A stretch of DNA of 64,000 nt from Longimicrobiales bacterium (GTDB lineage Bacteria; Gemmatimonadota; Gemmatimonadetes; Longimicrobiales; Gaopeijiaceae), in NCBI GenBank assembly GCA_965202805.1, contig OZ241869.1, positions 960,001 through 1,024,000 of the forward strand. Reading direction: 5' to 3'. Each line of letters opens with the position of its first letter. The stretch's first letter is position 1. Under the pieces are notes generated by a model. The model was given only the letters and a program-made list of their open reading frames with translations. It made no database searches and was not told the origin of the DNA. Positions 48,382 through 60,648 of the stretch are shown piece after piece. A program made the position numbers and the translations under genes.

Positions 48382-49809
48382 CTACCGTCCTCCAACGTCG
48401 CGTCTTGCCCGCTCAAGATCCCCTTGTCGGTATTGGAAACTGGAGCAGCGATCGTTGTAGCGGTCCACTATTCGGTCGAAGGCATCATGATCCCCCTCGC
48501 TCACTACGTTGGGGCGGTACCTTTCGATCATTCGATCCTCGCGTAGGCACCACCTCAGTTGCGGCAGGGACAGGATCAGGTCGGTGCCGGGCGGCGGCAT
48601 TTCGAAGCCGATTTCCTCCGCGGCAGGCGGCGACGAACGTACCGTGTCAGGCGGCTTACCGGTGTCGAGTAGCTGCTCGACCGCATTCTCGATGGTGACG
48701 TAGTCGGTGCCCGGCAGCCTTCTCGCGGCTCCGCTTCCGCGGCTGACCAGAACGATCGGGGTACCGGTGAGGTTGAGCGCGCTGGCCAGTCGGAGATTCG
48801 CCGACACGCGGTCGGCGTGTCGGTCCGAGTTGAGGCAGTCGCGAAACGCGCCGTCGTCGAGCCCCAAGGTACGGGCGTAGCCGACGAAGTTGCGAACAGG
48901 ATCGCCCGAAGCCGCCCACGAGAGCTGATTGTCGAAGAGCGTGGTGTGGTATTCCCAGTAGCGGTGCTGGTCCCCGGCACAGTGGGACGCTCTCGACGCG
49001 AGGAACGAGTTGGAGTGAATGCCCACAAGCGGCAGGTCGTAGAAGACGAACTTCGCCCGCCCCGTGCCAACTAGGTTCAACTCGATGAGAGGCTTGACGC
49101 CTGAGGCGAACATGGCGCAGCCCTGGCACTGATAGCCCCCGAACTCCACAACCGAGATGGGAGCGGCTGGGTCTCCCATTTCGCTTCCGTATGCCAGGTT
49201 GACGAGTTCTTCGTCGGAGAGATCGCCCAGGTCCACGGGCTCGGTGACCGCGCTGTTGAACACCGTCGAGCCGGTCGTATAGACCGCCGGCACCACGTTG
49301 ACGAGTACTTCGTTCATTCGATCGCGGATACCTTCCGTTGCGACCAACGCCCCTGCCACCACAACCAACCCAGCAGGTACTGCTACAAGCCACTTACGAC
49401 GCTGGCTGTTGGGCCTTCTGTTACGTCCGATCCCACTCGGGGAAGCGGCAGGTGGCCGCTGTGGATCCTCTTGGTCGTGCGAAGCCCACGCCCGCTCTTT
49501 GTCCCGCTGATCACGCTCTCGGTGGTTACGTTCCGAGCGCTGTTGCGGCTCGCGCTCTGGTTGTCGGGGGCCTTGCGGTCCCCGATGCTTGTGATCTTCC
49601 CGCCGTCGGGATCGCGTCCCTTCGATAGGCTTAAGGCGCTCGTAAGCTTCGCCGACCTGTTTGAAGATCCACTCAGAGGCCTTGTCTCCCGGATTCTTGT
49701 CCGGGTGGTGCTTCTTTGCCAAGCGTCGATATGCCGACCGGATCTCTTCCCAAGTTGCCCCTTGTTCGAGGCCGAGGACTTCGTACGGATCCAAGTCGCG
49801 ACTTCTCAT
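48382..49809 (-). CDS. DnaJ-domain / TM / DsbA-like thioredoxin fusion protein
   Basis: [21 protein letters not shown]; one TM helix; [22 protein letters not shown]; Cys-containing C-terminal domain. Confidence 0.85.
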   Translation of the reverse strand: MRSRDLDPYEVLGLEQGATWEEIRSAYRRLAKKHHPDKNPGDKASEWIFKQVGEAYERLKPIEGTRSRRREDHKHRGPQGPRQPEREPQQRSERNHRERDQRDKERAWASHDQEDPQRPPAASPSGIGRNRRPNSQRRKWLVAVPAGLVVVAGALVATEGIRDRMNEVLVNVVPAVYTTGSTVFNSAVTEPVDLGDLSDEELVNLAYGSEMGDPAAPISVVEFGGYQCQGCAMFASGVKPLIELNLVGTGRAKFVFYDLPLVGIHSNSFLASRASHCAGDQHRYWEYHTTLFDNQLSWAASGDPVRNFVGYARTLGLDDGAFRDCLNSDRHADRVSANLRLASALNLTGTPIVLVSRGSGAARRLPGTDYVTIENAVEQLLDTGKPPDTVRSSPPAAEEIGFEMPPPGTDLILSLPQLRWCLREDRMIERYRPNVVSEGDHDAFDRIVDRYNDRCSSFQYRQGDLERARRDVGGR

Positions 49810-49952
49810 TCCGTCTCCGCAGCCGGTCTGTCGCCCCGCTCCCGCTGCCGGGCATTACGTTTCGAAACACGACCGCTCCCGGATCATGAGGGCGTGTGCG
49901 AGCATCGTACGGATCGAGAACCATGTCGGGCAAGCCTCCGGTTCTCCTGACC

Positions 49953-52379
49953 TTATCGCGCGGCCTCCCAGGCTTGCCGCATCCCCGGGAGCGCTTCGCG
50001 CAGGACCGCATCGATCCGGATGTACAGGCCCTGTATCCGCCGCTCCTTTTGCCCGGCCGTCAGGCTTCTGTCCATGCGGACCTGATCCCCTTCACGGCGA
50101 AGGCGCGACGCTTGCCGCTGAGCTCGCTCGCTTCGATTGTCCGCACGGCGGATGGCTGGCGGGATTCGAGCACGATTCCGTGAAGCCCCGGCGATCTGCC
50201 TGTCCAGCCAATCGGCCAGTTCATAGAATTCGTCGCTGGCTCGCGTGAACGTCCTCGGTCTTGTCGGTTGCAGGCTGTACACGCCGGTCAGCAGACGCGC
50301 GGTCTTCGGAAAAGGCTTGGGGCCGTTGCGCCTCGTATCCCACATGACTTGCTCGTCGAGTACCGCCACCACCGCGTTGCCAAGATGGCCCGTCCATCCC
50401 CGCACGAAGGTCTGGACGTGCAACGGCGACACGCTCAGCACCGATCCGACGGCCCGGTACGGCAGCGGAGTGCTGCGGTGGAAGTATCGTTCCTCAGCGG
50501 GCCAGTACATCATGTAGGCGGGGATGACTTCCTCCCCGAAGAAGTTGCGGTTGGTCCGGACTTCGACGAAGGGCTGTGCAACGGCCGGAATCCAACCCAC
50601 TGCCAGGTTGCCGTGAATCAACGACCAGACGAACTTCGGTCCCGCTTGGGTGCCGCTTCCGAACGTGAGGTCCAACGCCACTTCGGGCAGTTTCACGAAC
50701 ACGGCGCCGATTTGAAACGGAACCGGAATGCGGACGTCCGTGTCGCCCCAAGCATCGTATAGCGTCACCCAGGACGCTTTCTCGTAGTCGGTCTGATTCC
50801 GGTACTCGGCGCGCCGGGCATTCCAAAGATCGTTGTGCCACCACCCCGCTGCGGCCAGCAGCGACAGGCAGAGTCCCGACGCAAACGTCTTGGCGACGTG
50901 GCGCCTCCGCTCATGTCCCCACCGCGGCGCGCCCTTCGCGGCCCGCCGACGGAACCGGACGATCTGGTAGAGTTGATCGAAGCCCTGGATCGCGGCGTTC
51001 AGGAACGGCACGGTGTGGACGTACATTCGCCATCCCCGGGACGACCCGATGTTGGCGAAGTCCGCGGAGACCATGCGTGCGGCCCGGGCGGCCATGTAGT
51101 CCGTGGCGCCCGCCCTCCGAGCCCTCTGGAACTGATCGACCCGGGTACCCGCTTCGGCGATCCACGCGGGCCGTGTCAGCACGTAGACGAAGCGGGTCCA
51201 TCGTCGCCGAGTGATCCCACCCTGGATCGTGCCCCGGTTCTCGCCCCGCACGTCCCCCAGATGAACTTCCGATTCCACCAAGCCCGAGTAGAAGCCCCCT
51301 TGAAGCAGGTACTCGCGCATGCGGCGCGATCTCCCAGTGGCCAGATCGTGCATCGCGTGCAAGCCGCCAAAAAGCGTTCCCAAGAAGGGAAGCTGCCAGT
51401 ACCGGCCCGCCACGAAGCCTGCAAGCGTATCGCGGAAGAAGTTCTTGACGATGAACACCGGCATCGCGGTAATCATCGTCGAGACGGCCGTCTTGAAGGC
51501 GGCCAGGAATCGGATGAGTCCCGGCATCGGCGCCTCCGCGATGCTGCTCAGCATGGAGGCAAGCGCGTCGTCGCGGACCACGAAGCGTCTTCGTCTGCCC
51601 CGTACCACTGCCACGGTGGGACCGGCGCCATGTGTCTGGGTAGGACCGAGCGTTTCCGACGCGATACGGTTCCCATCGGGATGGCTCGTCACAGTATCGA
51701 ACAGTTCGCTACGGGCGCGACACGCGAGCGCGTTGTAGATGTTCCGGGCAAAGACGTTCCTGAGCGCGATGACCAGATCCCCGTCGAGCGCTTCCATCGC
51801 GTCATCATGTTCCGGTCGGTCCCGTAGAGAACCGTCGGCATTGCCGAAGGGCGCCAACACCGGGATGCCTTCCCTCCTGTAGCGCTCGGCTTCGGCCGCG
51901 GTCAGGTAGCGCATTTGGGTGTAGTAGAGCAGCATCGCGCGGTGAAGTCCGACGAGCCGGACCGCGAACTCGGCTACGTCGGGGTTCTCCGAGGCGTACC
52001 GGAGCAGACGGTGTTGCGCGGGCGAGAGCGGCTGCGCCGTGGCGCGGTGGTGATCGCCTCCGAACAATGCGGCGCAGTGGACGGCCTTCTCGAAATGGCT
52101 GTGGCCTTTCCTCGCGACCGGCTTGACGATGCTCCGCAGGCTATGCGTGTCCTCGACAGCCACTCGCCCGGTGCCGTCCGGCGACTCAGCGAACGCTCCG
52201 TAGCGCCAGATGTATTCAGCGAGGGATCTGGCGTGGTTGATGTCCTCGAAGCGGTAGCCCACGTCGTCGTTCCCAAACCACTCGCCTATCGTCTGTGCCG
52301 CGTGCCAGCGGTGAACGAAACGCGTGCGGATGGAGCGTAGGCGGCTGTCCGCAAGTCGCCCGATGCGCCGTGTACTCAT
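49953..52379 (-). CDS. LPD38-like (large polyvalent protein domain) protein
   Basis: KNFFRD, VPFLNAAIQG.DQL, RIPVPFQIG..F..LPE, P..EV.TNRNFFG..IP and GWTG.LG motifs. Confidence 0.72.
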   Translation of the reverse strand: MSTRRIGRLADSRLRSIRTRFVHRWHAAQTIGEWFGNDDVGYRFEDINHARSLAEYIWRYGAFAESPDGTGRVAVEDTHSLRSIVKPVARKGHSHFEKAVHCAALFGGDHHRATAQPLSPAQHRLLRYASENPDVAEFAVRLVGLHRAMLLYYTQMRYLTAAEAERYRREGIPVLAPFGNADGSLRDRPEHDDAMEALDGDLVIALRNVFARNIYNALACRARSELFDTVTSHPDGNRIASETLGPTQTHGAGPTVAVVRGRRRRFVVRDDALASMLSSIAEAPMPGLIRFLAAFKTAVSTMITAMPVFIVKNFFRDTLAGFVAGRYWQLPFLGTLFGGLHAMHDLATGRSRRMREYLLQGGFYSGLVESEVHLGDVRGENRGTIQGGITRRRWTRFVYVLTRPAWIAEAGTRVDQFQRARRAGATDYMAARAARMVSADFANIGSSRGWRMYVHTVPFLNAAIQGFDQLYQIVRFRRRAAKGAPRWGHERRRHVAKTFASGLCLSLLAAAGWWHNDLWNARRAEYRNQTDYEKASWVTLYDAWGDTDVRIPVPFQIGAVFVKLPEVALDLTFGSGTQAGPKFVWSLIHGNLAVGWIPAVAQPFVEVRTNRNFFGEEVIPAYMMYWPAEERYFHRSTPLPYRAVGSVLSVSPLHVQTFVRGWTGHLGNAVVAVLDEQVMWDTRRNGPKPFPKTARLLTGVYSLQPTRPRTFTRASDEFYELADWLDRQIAGASRNRARIPPAIRRADNRSERAQRQASRLRREGDQVRMDRSLTAGQKERRIQGLYIRIDAVLREALPGMRQAWEAAR

Positions 52380-52571
52380 GCCGTCCCGTGCGTCAAGTGA
52401 CCGTCACCATCAGCCAGTGAAGGGCGAGTCGGATGAGGGGGCACTGCATGTCGCCCCGCCCACTAGGAAATGCTCCCGGGCGGACGGGGTCCTTCAAGAT
52501 TCAACCCGATCTCCCAACAGCCGAGCGTGACGGACATATAACGTTGCTCGGCCCGCATCAAAAGGAGGCAC

Positions 52572-53072
52572 ATGGGACCCAGCCAGTTTCTCGCGCCCTC
52601 GATGGCTGTCAATTCGCGCCACGCGGCGGCGTCGGCCTAAGAGGCCATCGTGGGAGATGCAACCTTCCCCGACGGCCAAGCGCCGGATGTTCTCCCGCGG
52701 ACCACCGATTCACCGCCGGTCGAGGCCGTCGGTTTCGCAGGTGAGGTCTGGGGCGTGACCGGCGACCGCGTGGTCGGCGTTGCCACCGCTCCGGCGCCGG
52801 TCCCCCGGCCTCCGGGACGGGCTTCGCCCGTCCCTCCCGCCGGGTCGAGCCGCCGCGCCGACACCGACGGAAATCCCAAGGGTCTCAGGGAAGCGGAGCG
52901 TCCCTTGCCAGACCGCCGTGTTCAAACACGGCATCGGCTGGCTCTCCCGCCGCAGCGGCGTCTGTCCCCCTCCGTGTTCTCCTGCCTGAGGTCGATACCG
53001 CTGAACCGCTCCCGAAAACTCTCGGCGAGGGGGGAAAGCACCGTGCAACCGGGCGGCGGATCGACTGGGTAG
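52572..53072 (+). pseudogene. Possible interrupted ORF (or 22-aa peptide 52572-52640)
   Basis: Strong AAAGGAGG RBS and ATG, in-frame TAA at 52638-52640, frame then stays open to 53072. Confidence 0.3.
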
Positions 53073-53151
53073 ACCGGCCTCGGTCACCTCGCTGTCCACA
53101 GGCCGTAACAGTCCGCGGCCATCGAGGAAACGCGGAGGATCGGAGCCAGCT

Positions 53152-54144
53152 TCACGGGTTTCGCCTCTCGCAGCGTCGCAGTTCCTCACGCCAAAATTCC
53201 GCCACCGCCGCCACGCCATCCGCGAAACCCGAAGCAAACGAGGGTTGCGCGAGTCGGTCCGCCAGATAGGAGGAGGGGCTATAAGAGGAGGAGTGTGGCA
53301 TCCATGCCGCCGCCACCGCCGCCGCGCTCGCGGCCCCGCTAACGAAGCCAGATGTGGCGTCCGCCACGTTTGGCTCCTCGCCCCGGCGAATCTCGTTGGT
53401 CCGTTCGATGGCGAGGGCTCCCGCCCACGCCGCCGCGTCATAGGCAATCCACCAAGCGACCGTCCGCGCCTTCGCCGCCGCCTCAAACTCCGCCCAGTCC
53501 GCCGCCGCCTCCGCCTCTTGTCTCGCGCTCATCGCCGCTTGCGCGGCCTCGAAGTATACAGAATCCCGGCGTGCCGATATGGCATTTCGCTTCACGAACG
53601 GTGAAAGTCCCTCCCATCGCGGCCCATACCTCGCCCGGGCCGCTGCCTCCGCCGCGCCCATATCTGCCGAAAACGCCTCCCACGCGTCCGCCTCCGTCTC
53701 TTCCGCCAACGCCCTCGCTTCTTCCGCCGCCCAGTACTCCCGCACTGCCTCCCACGCCGAATTCCTGGCCGCCCAGCTCCCATGCAGCGGCCTCATCACG
53801 CTCCCGGGTCCTAAGGTCGGGTCCGTAATCAGGTCCGCGATCCCTGTCAAACTCGCAGGCGCTCCCTCGGGGGCCGGTGCTAGGTCCGAGAGCCAAGCCG
53901 CTATTCTTCGGGGAAGTTCGCAAAGGTCCCTGTCCGGCAGGTCTTGGCCCGTGACGGCGACGGGGAGCACCAACAAGACCGCAAGCGTGATCGCCGTACG
54001 TCTTGCGGCCTCGGCTCTCAATGCCTTCGCCCACATCCGCGCTGCGCTGCGCTTCCCCCTAATAGGGCTCAAGGCCCGCGCCGCGCTTGCAGAGGCGTGG
54101 GCGCAAGACCCTGTGGACGCCGCCCTGTCGTTCGGTCCCGTCAT
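53152..54144 (-). CDS. Hypothetical Ala-rich helical protein with a hydrophobic segment
   Basis: GGAGG RBS; TLAVLLVLPVAVTG segment, then Ala/Glu/Trp-rich helices. Confidence 0.55.
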   Translation of the reverse strand: MTGPNDRAASTGSCAHASASAARALSPIRGKRSAARMWAKALRAEAARRTAITLAVLLVLPVAVTGQDLPDRDLCELPRRIAAWLSDLAPAPEGAPASLTGIADLITDPTLGPGSVMRPLHGSWAARNSAWEAVREYWAAEEARALAEETEADAWEAFSADMGAAEAAARARYGPRWEGLSPFVKRNAISARRDSVYFEAAQAAMSARQEAEAAADWAEFEAAAKARTVAWWIAYDAAAWAGALAIERTNEIRRGEEPNVADATSGFVSGAASAAAVAAAWMPHSSSYSPSSYLADRLAQPSFASGFADGVAAVAEFWREELRRCERRNP

Positions 54145-54198
54145 GCTGTCGCCTCCATGTACCGGGGGAGCGCGAGCGTGGCCCAGTCTGCCTCTGGG

Positions 54199-54444
54199 TT
54201 ACGTAGCCACCTCAGGCACGCACACCGCCGCGTCGGGCCACCGGGCCACCACGGCCAGCGCTGCTCTCTTGGCTGTCGCCGTCTTCCGTGCCTCATCCGC
54301 CTCCACCGCAGCCAAGATATCCGCATCCTCCACCCCAGCCGCCTCCAGCACCTCCCGCACTGAATCCGCCAGCCTCCTTGCCGAGGCCGCCTTCGCCTCC
54401 GCTCTCCACGCCTTTGCTAGGTCCCTCGCTTTACCATGGCTCAT
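54199..54444 (-). CDS. Small hypothetical helical protein
   Basis: GAGG RBS; 81-aa Ala/charged helical ORF. Confidence 0.45.
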   Translation of the reverse strand: MSHGKARDLAKAWRAEAKAASARRLADSVREVLEAAGVEDADILAAVEADEARKTATAKRAALAVVARWPDAAVCVPEVAT

Positions 54445-54883
54445 TTGGCGGCCTCGTGCTCCTCAGGTGTGTCCGTTACGGGACCGGGACGTTCCGCCCC
54501 GCCTGGTCCGCTAAAACCTACCATCGTCCACGCGGCGTCGCCAACGAGTTGGCTGGAGCCGTTCCTCACGTCCAAACGCGCCAATTGGGTTGCCGCTCAA
54601 GCGGCTCCGATCCTTGGAAGTTCGGTCTCACGTCAACGATCACGGCGAGGACAACGAGGGCCGCGCGATCGCAGACCGAGGGGGCATGAACCAGCGTCGA
54701 GCGAAAGGAAGCTGGCTTGTGACGCGCCACGGCTTGCGACGGCAGTAAAGGGCGAAGGAAAGCCCTGACACGGGAGGCGGAAATAGTCCGAAGTCCCGCC
54801 ATCTGATACGGTTTCCCCGCCGTTTTAGCGCGCTGGAAGCAGACAATGGTGCAACGGCAAGAAACGCAGATCGTGCAGCCCTG

Positions 54884-54899
54884 ATTGAACTTACGTGAT
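54884..54899. repeat. Putative arm-type integrase site
   Basis: attgaacttacgtgat matches 43620-43635 at 15/16 positions. Confidence 0.7.
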
Positions 54900-54928
54900 C
54901 TCTTGCCGTGATTCGCGCCACCTGCAAC

Positions 54929-54947
54929 CCGCCATCCCGGCAGGATG
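54929..54947. repeat. att core (right junction): first 13 nt of tRNA-Leu plus 6 nt of leader
   Basis: Identical to 43575-43593. Confidence 0.92.
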
Positions 54948-54956
54948 GAGCGGTAT

Positions 54957-54984
54957 AAGCTACCCTGTAGCGCTTCGCCCGCAA
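54957..54984 (-). promoter_or_regulatory. Putative native tRNA-Leu promoter, now facing into the element
   Basis: TTGCGG-16 bp-TAGCTT ending 15 nt before the duplicated tRNA 5' end. Confidence 0.55.
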
Positions 54985-55086
54985 AATGGGACTTGGCGCG
55001 GGTCTGCCGTCCTTGCAGGAGGTACGCCCAGGTCGACAAGGGACGCCGAGGCGGGGACGAGCGTCCGAGCGTAGCGCGGGAGCGAC

Positions 55087-55764
55087 TCAGAGTGCGACCT
55101 GGTCGCCCGCCGGCGTCTCCAGCACGGCAACCAGCCCCGCCCGCCCCACCGCCACTCCGAGCCCGACGCCGAGCCGATCCAGTTCGCGCCGCACCAACGC
55201 CGGATCGGGATGGCGCCCACTCAGCCGGACGAGGCGGACTCCCCGGTCGGGGAGTTGGGCACAGGGATGCGGGGTGTCACCCCAGTCGATGAAGAAGGGG
55301 ATGATGCCCTGCCGGGGAAGCGGCTTCCGGGGCATCGTGAGCGTCCAGGCGATGCGTTCGCCGCCGGGCCTGGTGCGGGACATGGGTCGCAGCGGACCCA
55401 GGAGGTGGCCGCCCGGACCGGCGGCCAGGCCGTCCAGATCGGCGGAACGGACCGCCCAGGTCACCAGCGCCGGCAGCGGGGCCTTGCCGCCGGTGAACCA
55501 GAGGCCGCCGGCCGGCGCCGGTTGCTCCGGGTCCGGACCCACGACCTCCAGGTAGATGCGGTCACCGATGCGCAACAGGCAGTTGCGCGTGCCGAGTCCC
55601 GGATGGCTGCCTCCGGGCGTCGGGTGTGCGCCGAGGCGTTCCTCGATGTCGCGCACCCCGGCCGCGAGGTCGGGAACCCCGTAGACGAGGTGGTCGGTTC
55701 CCGGGGGCACCGGCTCATGACCAGGACGAGTCGCCACCCCGCGCGCACATTCGGAATCAGTCAT
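55087..55764 (-). CDS. VOC/glyoxalase-like family protein
   Basis: DHLVYGVPDL, GGSHPGLGTRN, YLEVVG, PFFIDW. Confidence 0.9.
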   Translation of the reverse strand: MTDSECARGVATRPGHEPVPPGTDHLVYGVPDLAAGVRDIEERLGAHPTPGGSHPGLGTRNCLLRIGDRIYLEVVGPDPEQPAPAGGLWFTGGKAPLPALVTWAVRSADLDGLAAGPGGHLLGPLRPMSRTRPGGERIAWTLTMPRKPLPRQGIIPFFIDWGDTPHPCAQLPDRGVRLVRLSGRHPDPALVRRELDRLGVGLGVAVGRAGLVAVLETPAGDQVAL

Positions 55765-55997
55765 TGATCGCGGGGTGGGAGGACGAGGTTGACGCATGGG
55801 GGTCCACGGCCGAGGGAAGGTTCGTCAACGTAGCACCGAACTGCGCTGTCCGGCGATGTGCGACAGGCGATGCCGGTACGATCATCGGCGACCCTCTGGT
55901 GAGCATCATCAGGAGGCGGGATGTTAGTTTGAGGTTGACGAGAATCCGTCGCCCCCGCGCGACGATGCGCCGGCTCCACGACCCAGGTAGCAGACCC

Positions 55998-58754
<2,757 letters not shown>

Positions 58755-58755
58755 C

Positions 58756-59544
58756 CTATCCCGCTTCGCGCGGGTCGGACGGGCGCTCGGAGGCCGGCGC
58801 GTCCAGAATCTCCTTGAGCACGAAGGCCCGCCGCAGCGAATCCCGGTCGCCGCCGCCGAAGAGCTCGCGGTAGAGCCGGGTGCGCCTGGGCGAGCGGCGC
58901 GTGGCACCCGGTGGGCCACCCGGCATGGGCACCAGTCCATCCCGATCCCGGTCGACGGCCGAGTCCCGCAAGGGCGCCGGTGCCCGGACGGCGGCAGCCG
59001 GCCGTGATCTTTCGTCCTGCCGAGCCGGCAATCGGCGGTCGCCGTCCGACTGTGGCCCATCGACTACCCGCCGCCGGCCGGGGCTCGGCACGCGCTCGTC
59101 CCGTGACCGCCCCCTGGCCTCGCCCCTCCGGCGCTCCTGGTCCGACGCTCGGCGGTCGCGGGCGATCGTCCTGCGCTCCTCGCGGCCGAGGGAGGACCCG
59201 CGACGCTCATCGGGCTCGGACGCCGCGGGCTCCGCCTCCGGTGTCTCCGGGGCGTCCTCCTCATCCTGTATTACACCCGTAATACCGGGCCCCATCAGCT
59301 TCTCGAGGTACCCCGGGCCCATGAGCTTCTCCAGCCCCACAAGCTCGCCCATGGCCTCGTCCGGCTCCTTCTTCCGCGCCCGGCCCTCTTCCGCCTGAGC
59401 CGGCGACGGCTCCGCACCCCACTCCTCGTCGCCCTCGTCCCCAGGGAGCGGCACCTGCTTCTGCTGGCCGCGGCGCGCCCTCGCGACGCTGTCGATGATG
59501 GACAGCGCCATAAAGATCAGGAAGAGGAGAAGTCCGGTGCTCAT
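58756..59544 (-). CDS. Membrane-anchored protein of the floA operon (YqfB-like position)
   Basis: N-terminal TM helix, disordered middle, LRRAFVLKEILD.P tail. Confidence 0.7.
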   Translation of the reverse strand: MSTGLLLFLIFMALSIIDSVARARRGQQKQVPLPGDEGDEEWGAEPSPAQAEEGRARKKEPDEAMGELVGLEKLMGPGYLEKLMGPGITGVIQDEEDAPETPEAEPAASEPDERRGSSLGREERRTIARDRRASDQERRRGEARGRSRDERVPSPGRRRVVDGPQSDGDRRLPARQDERSRPAAAVRAPAPLRDSAVDRDRDGLVPMPGGPPGATRRSPRRTRLYRELFGGGDRDSLRRAFVLKEILDAPASERPSDPREAG

Positions 59545-59623
59545 GCTTTGTCGCGCATCCTGTGGCAGGAGCTCATCCGCCGCCGCCGTCGTCGAGCCAG
59601 AACCTCATCGGCCACCCTGCCGA

Positions 59624-60610
59624 CTACGCCAGGGGCTCGCCCGACCCGGTCTCGTCGTCGCCTGCGATGGAGTTCCGCATCGCGGTGTCCGCCTGCACGT
59701 TACGGTAGCGGATGTAATCCATCACTCCAAGGTTGCCGTCCCGGAAGGCGTCCGCCATGGCAAGCGGCACCTGCGCCTCGGCCTCCACCAGGTTGGCGCG
59801 CATCTCCTGCACCTTCGCGACGTTCTCCTGCTCGGAAGCCACCGCCATCGCGCGCCGCTCCTCGGCCCGGGCCTGGGCGACGCGCTTGTCGGCTTCGGCC
59901 TGGTCGGTCTGCAGCTCGGCGCCGATGTTCTTGCCCACGTCGACGTCCGCGATGTCGATGGAGAGGATCTCGAAGGCGGTCCCGGAGTCGAGCCCCTTGG
60001 CCAGCACCGCCTTGGAGATGCTGTCCGGGTTCTCCAGCACCGCCTGGTGCGTGTCCGACGAACCGATGCTGGAGACGATGCCTTCCCCGACGCGCGCGAC
60101 GATGGTCTCTTCGCCGGCGCCGCCGACCAGACGGTTGATGTTGGCGCGCACGGTCACGCGCGCGACCGCGATCAGCTGAATGCCGTCGCGCGCCATCGCC
60201 GCCACCCGGGGCGTGGTGATGACCTTGGGGTTGACCGAGACCTGGACCGCCTCGAAGACGTCACGGCCGGCCAGGTCGATCGCCGCGGCCTGGTTGAAGG
60301 AGAGTTCGATGTTGGCCTTGTCGGCGCTGATGAGCGCCGTCACCACGCGGTCCACCCGTCCGCCGGCGAGGTAGTGCGCTTCAAGGTCCGCGATGCGGAT
60401 GAAGAGCCCGGCCTTGGTGGCCCAGATGAGGGGCCGCACCACCGCGGGCGGAGGCACTTTGCGCAGGCGCATGCCGATCAGGTAGGTGATGCCCAGCCGC
60501 ACGCCGGCCGAGATGGCCTCGATCCACAGGCGCACGGGGACCGCCCACAGCACCATGAGGACGAGGACGATGATCAGAACCGGGAAAAACAGAGCGGCGA
60601 CGGCTTCCAT
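59624..60610 (-). CDS. floA: Flotillin-like protein FloA (YqfA)
   Basis: [38 protein letters not shown]. Confidence 0.95.
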   Translation of the reverse strand: MEAVAALFFPVLIIVLVLMVLWAVPVRLWIEAISAGVRLGITYLIGMRLRKVPPPAVVRPLIWATKAGLFIRIADLEAHYLAGGRVDRVVTALISADKANIELSFNQAAAIDLAGRDVFEAVQVSVNPKVITTPRVAAMARDGIQLIAVARVTVRANINRLVGGAGEETIVARVGEGIVSSIGSSDTHQAVLENPDSISKAVLAKGLDSGTAFEILSIDIADVDVGKNIGAELQTDQAEADKRVAQARAEERRAMAVASEQENVAKVQEMRANLVEAEAQVPLAMADAFRDGNLGVMDYIRYRNVQADTAMRNSIAGDDETGSGEPLA

Positions 60611-60648
60611 TGGATGTCATCCGTGTGGGGGCAGGGGAGGCTTGAGTA

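Larger units (their letters stand above)
43575..54947. mobile_element. Integrative mobilizable element inserted at the 5' end of tRNA-Leu(CAA)
   Basis: Perfect 19-bp direct repeats at both ends; integrase, oriT-like inverted repeat, mobC and relaxase inside; core genes resume on both sides. Confidence 0.9.

Noticed and set aside
54690..54880. Hairpin-rich stretch considered as a ribozyme or sRNA
   Set aside because: No intact hammerhead core (CUGANGA...GAAA) or other recognisable family; would need an Rfam/covariance search
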